Below are positions 1 to 14,332 of a stretch of 64,000 nt of DNA, one piece after another (the stretch's first letter is position 1; every line of letters begins with the position of its first letter). Source of the DNA: Priapulus caudatus (lineage: Eukaryota); contig NW_014577078.1 of the NCBI RefSeq assembly GCF_000485595.1, positions 1,115,578-1,179,577 of the forward strand, in the 5' to 3' direction. Made by a program: the position numbers and the translations under genes. Under the pieces are notes generated by a model, which was not told the origin of the DNA, did no database searches, and saw nothing but the letters and a program-made list of their open reading frames with translations.

Positions 1-60
1 ACTCACTCACTCACTCACTCACTCACTCACTCACTCACTCACTCACTCACTCACTCACTC
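1..60. repeat. (ACTC)n microsatellite
   Basis: Perfect tetranucleotide run at the window start. Confidence 0.95.
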
Positions 61-2879
61 ATCAGGCCTCCCGCCCAGACACCCACTCTCTCTCCTTATA
101 TCTATCAAACGATCTCTGTGCGTGTGTGTGGATCTGTCTGTCTGTATCTCCCAGCAGTTTTACTCATCTCTCGGGATCAGCGGTGGACAGCTTTTCTTAC
201 GACGGCACAATGCATACTTAACGTCTATTCACGGCAAACGCGCTTATATGCATCGACCTACACAAAGCGAAAATGCACTGAAATGTCGCCGCAGTGCAAT
301 GCTGACTAGATCACGCGGTCCTGCGAGAACGCACGGGCAGAACGCACGGGTAGATCGAGCAAATACGAACGCAGTGCTCAGTAATGGTCGAGCGGCAGTG
401 ACTACGCGCTCTGCGCCGCAAAAACACAAAGAGAATCCTTCAGATGCGGCAAAAGGTACGTTTACTCGTGCTTTCCCCGCCTTCCGGCATTGTTCAGGGC
501 TCTTTACCCGCGTTCAAACCTAACGGAGTGCCATTGAGCCGCTAGGCACGACGCTTGCCGGTGGCATTCCTGTTGACTTTGCGCCTTCTTTTCACCTATC
601 GACGATTCACGTCTGCTGTCAACGTATAAAAAATACGAACTCTCGAAAGACACACGAAGGGTAACGTGGACGTAAGGCATCTCTTAATGGAAACCTTTAA
701 CGATGACATGATAAGGGACTGTAAAAGCAAACCGGGAGGCTCCAATAATTATGCTTGTCGAATAATGCCATGGGATCCTGGCACAAATTGACCGAAATTC
801 GCCGTGCGTGAGTAGTTTGTCCCGTGTTCGCATAATTTAATCCGTCTGTTCGTACGTGTAAGCACATATTCAACATAGAAATCTTCATTCATATTTTAAG
901 GTTATAGAATTTTCCTCCGAGTGAAAATCAGCAAGCGGAAAACCACCATGGGACTATTGATATTGTCGGGAAGAGCGATTTCTGAATACGTCAAAACAAT
1001 CGGGCCTGTTGCTGAATCCGAACCCGAATAATGCACCCGCACTGTATACCCACGCACAGCGTCTAATAGTCTACTAATAGCGACCAAACACAAAATTCCT
1101 ACATTATGATCATGTTTACTATAGACCCCACTTAATGAGAACAATACATGACGTTAAATGAAGCGCGTTGTTGGGCGTGTACTTGTGCTCTCATGCAAAT
1201 GAGCATTAGACAATTAAGCAGTTAAGCAATTAAGACATCACGCGTATAAAAAATTACGATACCGATCACAATTTCACATCGAAGCTAGACTATCACCTGA
1301 GATCACCCAACAAACGAGCGGTTTTTATTGACGTGGATGAAGTGATGAAATTATTAACAAAACAAAAATATTGCTGATCGATTACCTGCACAATATGATT
1401 GCCGATTGATTATTTGGTTGGCCGGCTGAAGAGCCTCAGCTGGACCAGATAGTCTGTGTGAGTTCTCTGACCCCATTTACACGCATACGAATAAGTAAAG
1501 ATACATGTTGAAGCTGCAAAATTCCTGGGTAATAGTATTCGTATTTTTTTATCGACGCTGGTGCCTAACGCTTGATCACCGTGACGATAAATAAACGGCC
1601 ATTAAGGATAACTATATGACGAAATAGACACGCTTCGTTGTTCGAGCAAAAGTGCGCCACGCTACGCTTAAGCTAAAAGGTATAATTAGATTAATTAAAG
1701 TAAATTAGTTTAGTTATAAACTAATTACCTTGAAAGCACGGGCTATTAAGAATATTTATGAACACATCAATATTATCTAAGCCGTAGCATGACAGATGCC
1801 AGCTTCATAGTAGCGCACAGTTATAGTAAGCGAGTTGTTTCGTGAAAATTGCGGTATAATTTTTAGTGTTTTAACTGGTCAGAGAACTGGCCACTTGAAT
1901 TTCACGCGGATAAAGTTTCAGTCACGAGGATAATGCAATTTGAGTAACTCGAAATGTCTGTAATTTTCTCGATGTTTCTAATACTGGAAGTTTCGATGTC
2001 CACGCCAAAGCTGATTACATATCGTCAGCTATATATTGAACGATAATACAGTTTCCGGATATTATTCCTAAACGCCGTAGTTAAATACGTTTGATCGATA
2101 AAACTACACGTTGTCAGTGAGTCGAGTTTATTGGAAACGATGTGAAGATATATAGAGACACGAGTGGTCGTACAAATTTATCATGGGCTGGCTGTATGTA
2201 AATAGAGTGACAATACCTTATTGCGATTTTCACCCCTACATCTTTATAACAGATATTGTTCTTTGAGAAATTCGTTCAGAAGCCTGTGCAAATAAAGTAA
2301 TATCATCTTGGTAATATGGTATATCGGACAGTCTATCATCTAAGAAGTCGCTAATAATACGTTTCTCAATGGAAAAGTCAGTGCGTCTTGTTGATAAATC
2401 GATCGGTCGGGTATTTGTAAAAATGTATTTCCAGAAAAATAGAAAACAGTCATAACCAGCTTATATATTGCTGTTATACTGTATTTATTAATTACTGTAT
2501 TATTACTGTATTATATTGTATTAATTATATGCAAAAACGACAAACGTTTGAACGATTTTGTGGCAATCCAAAATATATCCTAACATATAGTGGCATTAGC
2601 CGATAGGTGATGCATATTTTGATACGCTCGCATTTTACAGTGTGAAGGCTCCAACGGCAGAAAATTTTAACTGTCAGCAATTCACGGTTACCTTTTTTAT
2701 TGTACGTAATCTTCTCTGCGTATGAAGCTTAGTACTTTATAAAAGGGAAAGTAACGGTGAAACGCTGATGATTTTATGATGTAAGTTTGGAAATTACGAT
2801 CGAGTTATTAGTTAGCAAATAACTAACTTTATTGAGTTATAAACTGGGCAGTGCTACAGGACTAATGCAGTTTAACTCA

Positions 2880-2899
2880 TTAACTAACTAATTACTAAA

Positions 2900-2959
<60 letters not shown>

Positions 2960-3855
2960 NNNNNNNNNNNNNNNNNNNNNNNNNNNNNNNNNNNNNNNNN
3001 NNNNNNNNNNNNNNNNNNNNNNNNNNNNNNNNNNNNNNNNNNNNNNNNNNNNNNNNNNNNNNNNNNNNNNNNNNNNNNNNNNNNNNNNNNNNNNNNNNNN
3101 NNNNNNNNNNNNNNNNNNNNNNNNNNNNNNNNNNNNNNNNNNNNNNNNNNNNNNNNNNNNNNNNNNNNNNNNNNNNNNNNNNNNNNNNNNNNNNNNNNNN
3201 NNNNNNNNNNNNNNNNNNNNNNNNNNNNNNNNNNNNNNNNNNNNNNNNNNNNNNNNNNNNNNNNNNNNNNNNNNNNNNNNNNNNNNNNNNNNNNNNNNNN
3301 NNNNNNNNNNNNNNNNNNNNNNNNNNNNNNNNNNNNNNNNNNNNNNNNNNNNCTAACTACATAACCAACTAAAACGAACAAACAACTAAACTAAGCCAAT
3401 CACCTAACTAACCAACTAAACTAAACTAACCAACTAACTACAGCTAACTAAACTAACTAACTAACTAACTTAATTAACTAACTAACAATATAATATAAAA
3501 CTAAACCAACTAAGTAACCAACTAACTAACTAACTAACTAACCAACAAACCAACTAAACTAACTAACTGGACTAAACTAACTAAACTAACTAACTAACTG
3601 AACTAACTAACTAACTACCTAACTAACTAGCTCGCTCGCTCGCTCACTTTCTCACTTCACTCACTCACTCACTCACTCACTCACTCATGCACTCACTCAC
3701 TCACTCACTCACTCACTCACGTCACTCACTCACATCACTCACTCACTCACTTCACTCCACTGTTCACTCATTCACTCATTCACTCATTCACTCATTCACT
3801 CATTCACTCACTCACTCACTAAACCACTAAACCACTCAACCACCCACCCACCACG
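2880..3855. repeat. Compound (AACT)n then (ACTC)n microsatellite spanning the 393-N gap
   Basis: AACT units on both sides of the gap at 2960-3352; switches to ACTC/ATTC at ~3640. Confidence 0.92.
2960..3352. other. Assembly gap (393 N)
   Basis: Run of N. Confidence 0.99.
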
Positions 3856-4389
3856 CTACGGTGAACTGCAAAAATACAACACGTGACATGTTCATCAATT
3901 CACTTTGACTAGTAAAACAGGCTTAGCAAGGAAAAGGAGGAAAAATCAAGACTCAGATGGAGCGATTTTGTCTCATAAGGGGATTATAGCTGTCTGTCGC
4001 GATCATACGAGTATGGTGATGCAATTCTTAAAAACGTCTGGGCAAGAAAAGGTTTAAATTCGCCGTTAGTGAATGCTCCTTAATGAAGAATCAGTGGTTA
4101 GTCAGCACGGCGGAGACGGCTTGTCCGTCGTCAAGTGGCTATGAATTTTGCCAAAAAAATATACGACCTTACCAGCAGGATATGTCTAAGCCTATCACAT
4201 TAGGTAGGCAAGTAACGATGATACTAGTCACCCATTTAACGACTGCATGTGCCGCTAACCGGGTATAAGACATTCATGATAGATAGACATCTATTGAATA
4301 TATATATATATATATATATATGATACATAACGATTGTGTCAACCGGGTAGTAGCCGTGCTATGTCATTATAGCGATCATATCAACCTAT

Positions 4390-4597
4390 TAGGAGTGTAT
4401 AATATTGACATATCTACAGGAGTGAATAATAGATATCTTTATTATCCACTCCTTACATCTATATTATCAGGAACTAAAATCTTTATATTATCTTAAACTA
4501 AAAGGTGAAATTTTATTTTCGGGGTGCCTCAAATGCAGTCTAATTTTTAAAATTTTGCTGGAGGAGACCCCCAGAACCCCCCTATTATACACTCCTG
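4390..4597. mobile_element. Small hAT-like MITE with a nested mini-copy
   Basis: Perfect 14-bp TIR AGGAGTGTATAATA (4391-4404) / TATTATACACTCCT (4583-4596). AACCTAT is repeated on both flanks (4383-4389, 4598-4604). A related palindrome lies inside at 4417-4454. Confidence 0.68.
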
Positions 4598-5491
4598 AAC
4601 CTATCATATCGCGCACCAGATGAACACATTACGATCCTGCCAGCTCGAACGAGCAGGTAAAACAGCGGAATGGCTCAAGATCGAGTGTGCTGGCTTCTAC
4701 TGTATAAAAATTGAAAATGCTAATGGCTTCTGCCATCTGCATTAATCAGGGCCATAGATAGCGCGGGGGGAGGAGAAGAGTTGCACCCCATATTAATGTA
4801 TATATTACACGGTATGTGTTACATGGTCAATAGCGATCTGCGCCTGGTTAACTGTTGAGACCGCAAACCGCAAGTGGTTTCGCCCCTTCCCCCGGGCAAA
4901 ATAAGTTAGCTATGCTTCTATGATTATTATGTTTATAGACCCGGGTTTCTTTAATATCTTTATATTCTGCTGCATTCTGGAATCACACACTTTCATTGTA
5001 TGTATTCTCACTCGAATGTTTGCTTCTCGTGCGTTAACAACACAAGGCAACGTCGCGCGTCACTCTTTATAAACCAATCGGCTAAGAATGTATCGGTCAA
5101 ATACGCACAGTGTGCACGGGGGCATGTGCAAATTATAGCTCGCGAATTATTACGCTGAAATGCTGGCTTGGCGTTTGATTCTGAAGTCCCTCCCCCCCTA
5201 CACTGCGAAGTTCTATCGTGTTATAGGTTCGGTTGAGCTACTCTACAGACTTGCTTTTCATTCGCATCAATAATTCTACTGTGCAGTCATCAGGGTAGCT
5301 ATTAAAGATGATGTACGACGCTCAGCATCCCTCGTCCAATTGTTCGGACATTTTTATGCTCTCATCTACACGCTTGAGGCAGCGAAAGAATCTGCGAGTG
5401 TGTGTGTGTAGATATAGATAGATAGATGGATGGTTGGATGGATGGATGGATGGATGGATGGATGGATGGATGGATGGATGGATGGATGGAT

Positions 5492-5501
5492 NNNNNNNNN
5501 N
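5492..5501. other. Assembly gap (10 N), left boundary of duplicated copy A
   Basis: Run of N after a GATA/GGAT tract. Confidence 0.99.
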
Positions 5502-6459
5502 TGGACCCTATCTTGTTATATAGCGCAATCTATTTTAATACGTGTGACAATGCCCGTATAACATTCATGGCCAGAAAAGACTACCTAAATTAAAAAAAAA
5601 AGATTGTGTGAGTGCATTATATATAATGTCTTTATATAAAATTGACATAAATTTATTATGTTATAATGAAACATCATTCGGGTTTGCGCTTATAAAATAA
5701 AATAATGTATTATTGCGCAAAGGCAATACAATAAATAAATATAACAGAATAAGCGATCTCATTATTTTGAAAAAAATCGTTTTCCTACTACCGGAAAACT
5801 TTGCTATGACTGTAACTGATATCATTAAACATAAGTAGCGATTCCTGCACGTTTTTGTTCTATTCAGTCCCGTTTTTCTGTCATACGTTTGAATGAAATT
5901 CAAATATGCTAGCACATTCTTTAGAATTCTGCTGAGAATATACATGTTACTTACTTGAATGAGCGAGTATCTGAGTTGAGACTGATTAAAAATTTCAAGC
6001 CTAGTGGAGCGGGAAAGCGCGTTAAAACGTTAAGTTCACCGGCGCACCATTGACGGTGATTAGCTGCACTTTATATGGCTTCATTTCACGCAACGCGGAC
6101 ATCTACTTTCTGAGAGGATATAAGCCGCCATCCCTCCGCAACGCACACTTTATAGCACAAAGCGTATAGCTATTTTTTTCTTGTTTTGGTAGTCTTTGTT
6201 AAAGGTCGTTGTTAGATTTTTAATTCCCCCTTTCGGACAATCTGCATTTGGCTAGCGTAAAAGCAATGACATGCACAACATTATGATAATTAGCTTCAAT
6301 TAGTAGGTTTTATAAATTGCGTTTTAAATGGGCAGGTTGGGTGGCACTGTGCTATGCGCGATAGATTACCTCACCAGTGCGCCACTGGTTTTCAACACCT
6401 ATTCTCACTTAATTAATTAAATAATTAATTAATAATTAGTTAAACAAATCTGTAAACAT

Positions 6460-7693
6460 GCATATCCATCTATCTATCCATCCATCCATATCCATCTATC
6501 TATCCATCCATCCATTTATCCACTCATCCATCCATCCATCCATCCATCCATCCATCCATCCATCCCATTCCATCCATCCATACCTGCCATCCATCCATCC
6601 ATCCATGCCATCATGCATCCATCCATCCATCCATCCATCCATCCATACCATCCATCCATCCATCCAGCCATACCATCATCCATCCTCCTATTCGCATCCA
6701 TAGCCATCCATCCATCCATCCATCATCAAATCTATCCATCCATCGCATCCATCATGCCATCCATCCCATCCATCCATCCATCCATCCATCCACATCCATC
6801 CATCCATCCATCCATCGCATCCATGCCATCCATCCATCCATCACATCCCATCCTATGCGCATCCATCCATGCCATCCATCTCCATCGCATCCACCATCGC
6901 ATCCATCCATCCATCCATCCATCACCATCCATTCATTCCATCCATCACCATCTCCATCCATCCATCCATAACCACCATTCCATCCATCACAATCCATCAT
7001 CCATCATCCATCCATCCCATCCTCCATCCATCCATCCATGCCATTTCCATGCCATGACCCTATCCATCCATCCATCCACCTCACCATCCTATCCATCCAT
7101 CCATCCATCCATCCATTCCATCCTCCATCCATCCATTCCATCCATCCATTCCATCCATCAATTCATCAATCCAATCCATCCATCCATCATCCATTCATCT
7201 ATCCATCATCCATTCATCCATCCATTCATCCATATCATTTATCGCATCCATTATACGCATGCCATCCATCGCATCGCATCCAATCCATCCATCATCCGAT
7301 CATTCCATCACATCCATCCATCCCCTCCATCACCATCCATGCCATCCATCGCATCCGCATCCATCCATCCCATCCATCCTCCATCCATCCATCCATCCAC
7401 CATCATCCATTCCATCCTCCATCCATCCATCATCCATCCATCCACTACCATCATGCCATCCATCCATGCCATCCATTCCATACCCTGTTATCGGCATCCA
7501 CCATTCCATCCATCCATCCTTTCCATCCATCCATCCATCCGCTCCATCCATCCATCCATCCACGATACCATCATCCATCCATCCATCCATCCATCATCCA
7601 TCCATCCATACATCCATCCATCCGGCATCCATCCTGCATTCATCCATCCATCATCCATCCATCCATCCATCGCATCATCCATCTATCCATCCA
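6460..7693. repeat. Degenerate (ATCC)n array, copy A
   Basis: ~1.2 kb of noisy ATCC units; source of the HPSI/MDGW ORFs. Confidence 0.93.
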
Positions 7694-10344
7694 CGCCCTT
7701 TCTCATATATATATAATAATCTCATAATCTATTCTATAGCTACTAAATTAAATGGCTGCCATCGTAGAGCAGTAGTAATTGGTAGTAGTATACAAGTTAA
7801 CATGGCATGTAATCGAAGAATAACGTAGTATAATTTGAATTAAAAGATACAATTAAAACGCTATCACCTACGGTCATACTTGCAGCACAACCTGTCAACC
7901 TAAGTAAATAATATTAAATTTGCCTTGAGCGTTCTATTACTTTTATAGTCGTCGTTCTAATGTACTTATTAACGGAGATCTCAGATCCGCTAGAATAGCT
8001 ACGTCACTAGTATCGGAGATAGAAAGATGTTACACGGCGGCATAAATACGACAGCTATATTATACCCGTCGCACGCTTCGCCCTTCAGCACTCTAACAGA
8101 TTTTAGTCGATATTGTACACAGCTAATACTAGAAATATCAATTTCGCATTAATTATCAGTCCGCGAGGAGCAATTCCGTCTGTTGCACAATTTCGTGTTC
8201 AATTTCCATATGACGAAAACGCGAACGCTGTCCTATCGAGAAATTCTTGCCGCAAAAAGGGCCGATATCGCGCGTAAAAACTAGAGCGCGGCGCAGAGTA
8301 GCCACATGTGAGTTGAGAGAGCACGTCGACTCATGGACGTGTCCAGTTCCGATTGCGTGCTGGTAGCATCTCAAGTTTTATTGCCGGCAGCGGAACGCTC
8401 TCCAGATATCGCGTGAACTCGCGGCAGGCCGGCACACTGCCGCAGCTGGATCCGCACGTTTCGCCGTACGCGATGCGGAGGTAAAGGTCCATTATTGTAG
8501 CCCAATGGCCATCAAATTCTTCACTAAAAGCTGCGGACTTGATTGTCACCCAACTCTGTTATTTCACTGATTATCCGTGGAGATGAAGCTTGCATGCCCA
8601 TATAATAGTCATAATGGCGCCACTATACTGGCCTAACGAGCTTACGTGGGGCAGAATATTGGAGAGAGGGCGGTGGCAAGGCACGGCCTGGCTAGGCCGA
8701 CCGGAGACAAAAAAGCAGAGGAATCGAGAAGGCCGTTATTCAAAGGGGAGCTCTGTGATTGTGCTTCGCATACTGGCTGCCTGCTAAGAGCAATAACTCA
8801 TGAAGCCCCCGAAGGTTAGCCAAGACTACGATAGCTCTAACGGAGTAATATTACGCTTCTGAAACCTCTGTTGATATACCGCCTTCTGTTAATACTTGCC
8901 TTTCTCGCGCGGCGTTAGGAGTGCAGCGTTGAAATGCGTTCGTCCATCGGTCCTGGTCGTTAGTGTAAGCGCTGTATTCAAATCATGGCCGCCCATGCAC
9001 GAAGTCCCTGACGGCTACCATGTGCCTTCGGTCCAGATATTTCTGTTCGCAAAATGCTATCCCACATGCTGTTCTTTATTACGGAAGCGGTATTTCTGCC
9101 GCCTCGGAAGCGTGAAGAACTAATGGTCAGCCCATGCAATAGACGCAGTATGTGCAACAGCAGACCCGCATAGGATTTATCTGCTCAGTAACCGACAGAG
9201 TCCAATGTACGACAATGTCATCTGCAGCTGGTATTCATCGCCTGCATGTATGCTGGACTTGACTCGACGTAGAGCCGTATATACACCCTGTCTGTTGCCC
9301 GACGTGTCGGCAGCGGAAATAGCTTATTGCGAGATGCGGTTAATGGGCCGCTTACATAAATATATGTTGGCAGTGAAAAATTCACTTGTTAAGGTGCCCC
9401 TTGCCACTTAAAGCGTGGCCTTCCCGCGTTTAAGCGTTGCTTTTTCAGGTTCGTGCACTATGTTACCCTTACATGCTGTGGCAGGTGAACATAAATTTGG
9501 AAGAATGGTTACGGAATTAAAGTATTATTGCAAGTGGACTAAGTTTTTCAGTCATTATGATTAGCAACGCCATCACTTTTCTATATGCCGCGCTATAATT
9601 TTTTTCAGAAAAGTGTCGGCAGCTGATCGGACGCGGCAAATTAAATAAGAGAGTCATTACTACAATCGAGCGAAGAAACCCCGAATTTCGCACTGCGGCA
9701 TTTTATTTAAGGTTATGGCATATTTCTCGCTTTAAAGGTTTTTAAGACGCCCTAGAAAATACACTAGTAATTCATTTAAATTTATTTATGGGATATTAAC
9801 TGTGATTATTAAAAAAAAAATTTGTTGGCATTAGCTAAGGGGCATGCCCATCTTTATTTCATACAGCGTTTACAGAAATACTAAATTAGCTCTTTTTGCT
9901 GCAATAGCTTAGCAATGGTCGTCTGAACTGATTTGAATGTGTTTAGCGTAAAGATATAGTGCAATTGCATTAAGCGAACATGCCACATCACGCGCGATAA
10001 ATTTTTTAGCATAGCGGCACATTAGCGGACAAGGCGGAATGTTTTTGCATGCGTTAGTGGCTGTTGGTATAACTTCGCTCTTCATGCACAAACTTCAGTG
10101 ATAACAGAAATGGGCTCAAACAAAATACATGATGCATAGTGAAAGATAAGAGGTTACGTGCGTGGGTGGGAACATTATAAGAAGAAGGAGAAGGCCTTAG
10201 TACTATAAATTATCGACTCAATGTTTGCAAGCTAGGAAGTAATTAGACGGCAACGGAAACGCTAAATTTTTGCGGCTGGAAACATGGTAATTATGGCGCG
10301 CACATATGTGTAGATAAATCGCAGCAAATTCCTCGTATAATTGG

Positions 10345-10435
10345 TTTGTGTGTGTTTGTTGTGTGTGTGTGTGTGTGTGGGTGTGTTGTGTGTGTGTGTT
10401 TGTTTTGTGTGTGTGTGTGTGTGTGCACTAGCTGT

Positions 10436-10471
<36 letters not shown>

Positions 10472-10680
10472 GTGTGTTTTGTGTGTTGTGCGATGGTGGA
10501 TGCTGTGGTGGTGTGTGTGTGTGTGTGTGTGTGTGTTGCGACGGCGGCGCATACGCGCGCGCGTGCCCGTGCGTGCTGTATGTGTGTGTGGTGTGATGTG
10601 TGTGTGTGTGTTGCGTGTTGCGAGGCGTTGTGCGTGTTGTGGCGTGTGTGTGCGTGTGTGCGTTGCTGTGCGCGTGTGGT
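10345..10680. repeat. Degenerate (GT)n microsatellite
   Basis: GT/GC dinucleotide tract; counterpart of 20577-21136. Confidence 0.9.
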
Positions 10681-12016
10681 AATATATTCACGCGGCGCTT
10701 TGCGTTTTATATCATCGGCAAAGCTCGGCACGTGGCCAATTCTAGATTTACGTTTGAAGACCAACCCGCATCATGAATTAAGTTGCTCGCGTGTGTCGAC
10801 AATTTTTGGCATTATAATAACGACGAATATAAGTATCTCTTATCAGAATGTCGCGTTTTTCTGGCAGTAAATTCAGTCCAGCTAGACTAAGGGGCTATGA
10901 AACATCGGAGATATGCATATAGCTAATATTTATAGCTTGCGAATGCGTTGATGGAAATGGCGCTTTTATCAGCTTTCGCGTCATGGACTTCGACTCCATA
11001 CTGTCTCGATTCCGCCCCCTGAATTTTTTATTATCCTTGTGGCGATAACTATTAAACGCTTCTGGGTGGCAACTTGCGCGTATTTGTTCATTTTTTAAAG
11101 TAAATACGCGCCGTCGCCTGTACAACTAGACGGACCTGCGTAAAAATGTATCATAACATTATAATAGCAAAGCCCGATGAGAATCTCGCATAACGTTTCT
11201 GTTGAAATATCCTTTCTTAAATAGACGCAAATTGTTTTCAGGAATTATATCAATCGGCTTACAGAGCGCTGTCCACGTCTTTGCTACGGCATAGTCGATA
11301 TATTGGCGTATAATAGAAAACGACCTGCGAATGTGGTGTTAAGAAACCAACTACGAACAACTTCTAGCACCGACGCCATGCGTTGTAATGATGTATTTTG
11401 TAGCAGCTAAGAGAAGCAAGCCACATTGCATCGAGTACGACTAACTATTCTGCCAGCTCCATTTAAACATCGATTCATTGTGGAATTATAATCATATCTT
11501 ATTGCGCAACATGGATATAGCAATTTTTGTTTTTTTTCGAGCGCATTTTGGCTAGCATGTTAGTTGTACTTCACAGATCCAATGGCATTCTTAATTAAGA
11601 CGAGCTAGGAATGCTAAATAAGCGAACAATTTTGTTTACTTTCCCTCCCAATACTCACTCTGTGACATAAATGCGCGGATGCATGCCCCTGTATTTGATA
11701 TAAATTGAAATCGTAAGCATACGCCTGCATAAACCAGTCAAGTTTGCTTCAGAAAAACTCTTGGCCGCAGTGCTATGCTGTTTCAAGATATGAATGCAAT
11801 ACTGGATCGTAAAAAAACGCAATTTACGATTGGGCCCGAGATTTCGGACTTAATATGACCAATTAGCTGAGTGTATTTTAATACGCTTCAAAATAAAATG
11901 GCTTAGAATAGTTTATTTCTTCTCGGCTGCGAGCCGAGCAGTATCACGTAAATAGATAATAACTGGTCTAGACTGTAATCACTATGGCAATTACACATTA
12001 TCACGCTTGTTATTAG

Positions 12017-12466
12017 ATAGCTGGCTGACTATCCTCACACTGTTGGGTAGCCTTAACTCGTGCACAGAATCCTGGATCTACATGGCATTCAGCGGCCAAC
12101 CTCTGTCGAAACGACTGCAAACGGTCTGGCGACGCGGCTGCAAGGAGCCTTAAGCGGAGCGCGCAGCACGAATGAGAACGCGGATTCGCCACATGAGCGC
12201 GAGCGCATAGTGTTGGCTATCATGACGTACAGCAAGCGTGCACGCGACCCGACTACAGGGAGACGCGTCTAGGTGGGAACCAACGCGTAGCCTCAGCTCG
12301 CAGATGAGAGAAGTAAACTGTCGTATGTCGTGCTTAACAACAACTTATGGATGAAATGCGAAGTTCGAAGGACAGTTTATCAGCTGGCGTTGGTATTGCC
12401 AAAGCAGTGACGGATGCAGTATCAGCAAAGCAATTGAACTGCGCCTTTTGGGAACTTCCGGATTGC
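12017..12466 (+). pseudogene. Frameshifted duplicate of the GPCR terminal exon (probably an assembly artefact rather than a true pseudogene)
   Basis: Same sequence as 22418-22851 (ctgactatcctcacactgttgggtagccttaactcgtgcac...gggaacttccggattg), but with many scattered 1-nt indels. It lies in a block bounded by N-gaps. Confidence 0.7.
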
Positions 12467-12952
12467 AACGTTTAATCTGTATCAGTATCTCAAAGCAATT
12501 GTTTCCGATTTGCTTTCGTTTCCGTAGTTACCGGCGTTTTCTAATAGCTCGACGAATAATGCATAACACAGAACATACTTGTTGTTACTGCTTGCATTAA
12601 TGCTGGCATGACTACTTGCAATTAATGACCTATCACCTTACAACGATACTTGTTTTCTTAATACACGCCACGTTCTCTAAGAAGATCGTATAGAATGTCT
12701 CTAGCCAAGCACTAGAGCCTGCCCCTACGTGAAACAAGCACATATCTATGAATTTAAGATGTAGTTTTTAGCGTGTGTAAAGAATTCTATTTCATAAAGT
12801 CTGCTCATTGTGGCCTGTACCGTGGCGACATCTCGATTTTATATGACCGCGTGCGACTTTATCTAGTTTTATCAGGAGATTTCTTCATAAAATCTCCGTG
12901 ATTTTATCCCAACAATAAAAATTTCCGTCGTCTTTATCAATTTCGGTAGCTA

Positions 12953-12977
12953 NNNNNNNNNNNNNNNNNNNNNNNNN
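12953..12977. other. Assembly gap (25 N), right boundary of duplicated copy A
   Basis: Run of N followed by (GATA)n to ~13052. Confidence 0.99.
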
Positions 12978-13037
<60 letters not shown>

Positions 13038-13973
13038 CGATAGATAGATAGATATCACATGGATTCTTCTATTTCTATGCTCAATAGATTTATAATGAGC
13101 TGACAGTGGTGCAAAACCTCAGAATTATCATTAAAATCAATACTTGCATTTCTATAAGACATGCTATTATTTACATAACATGTACGCTTTGATTGCGCTT
13201 CATTGTTGCCGGCACTGTGAATAGCTCAGTATTTAAAACTAGTTTAAAATCGATGCAAAATTACCATGGTCTAGTGGTCCCTTTAAAACAAACGCTTTCC
13301 GTGAAATGTAAACATGGGCGTTGTCACTCTCGAGGTTAATGCCCCTTAATAACGTCAGCTTCCTACCGTTAAAGCGAATATTAGACAGAGAACCACTATG
13401 ATTGATGGTGTTAGAAACTATCTGCGCCATAACGATTTATTACCCGGTACGTAACCTTACTGTGGATTAGTTTTTTGAACCGAGTTGTTTAATGTACAAA
13501 TATCACGCTGCCATGACAGTTATCTTTTCAAGTAAATTGGTTTACGGAAACGGGGCGATGATGTATCAGCGACGATAACTTGATGTCAAACGTATACAGA
13601 GTGAGCTATTTATTCAACGTTCTTTCAGTTTATCCAGTATTTTAGTTACACGTCACAAATGAGTGAGCTGCCTAGACCATATAGCAACTAACGTGTCTAG
13701 CGTAACCAACAACTAACTCCGAGAAATCTCTACATGGTCGGGAGGGATCTTAACCGGATGTATAGCTATTATTCAGTTTCCTGTCGTCAAGGTGACAGTC
13801 TTCTCGACACTTTTCAAAACATTTCACTGTATGTGTTCAATGTCATTATTATGTTAATTTGTTGATGACTTAACCTCACCTTAATGTATAAACTTCGCTG
13901 CCGCTGTTCCTGCAAACCGTGTAAATACATGTAAATTATTATAGGCTGATTATCACGGCGACAGGCGGTTATG

Positions 13974-14332
13974 TTATTACCTCCGCCAAGGCGGTTATGT
14001 TTTCGCCCCTGTTAGTTGGTTTGTTTTTCTGTCAACAGGATATCTCAAAAGGTTACGGACGGATTTTGATGAAATTTTTGCGACGGGTTAGTCTTGGGCC
14101 AAGAACCAATCGATTAGATTTTGGTGGTGATCCGGATCCAGATCTGGAACAAAGATTTTTTTGTGGGAAAGACTTCGGACGCATTCAAAATTCATCAAAA
14201 AAATCCTCATGATCTGTTTTTTCTTTTTTTTTCAAATTTCTGAAAATTTCATCAAACTATATTGGGTGTACCAGCAAGATGGGGGAACTGTTACGCTGTG
14301 GCGGAGGTTTGCCATCTCCGATTGCTCTTGTT
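13974..14332 (+). mobile_element. Non-autonomous Helentron-associated (HINE/DINE-like) element
   Basis: The 5' end TTATTACCTCCGCCAAGG has its subterminal inverted partner GGCGGAGGT at 14300-14308. An imperfect 3' stem (gccatctccgattgc) and the end CTCTTGTT follow. There is a short GTTG/GTTT tract near the 5' end, and both boundaries are T-rich. Confidence 0.72.

Larger units (their letters stand above)
5502..12952 (+). repeat. Copy A of a ~7.5 kb direct duplication (copy B at 15576-23323)
   Basis: Starts tggaccctatcttgttata straight after the 10-N gap and ends tttcggtagcta straight before the 25-N gap. It is collinear with 15576-23323 throughout, differing mostly by 1-nt indels. Confidence 0.93.

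Noticed and set aside
2947..3381. 144-aa ORF in the track
   Set aside because: It is almost entirely N-gap.
4747..4922. Possible second hAT-like MITE (CAGGGCCATAGATAG ... TAGCTATGCTTCTA)
   Set aside because: The inverted match is too weak and there is no clear TSD.
6458..7828. Long ORFs (up to 367 aa here and 499 aa at 16572-18071) of HPSI/MDGW type
   Set aside because: They are translations of (ATCC)n arrays, which lack stop codons. The same applies to the VC/HT/RE-rich ORFs over GT, CA and AG tracts.
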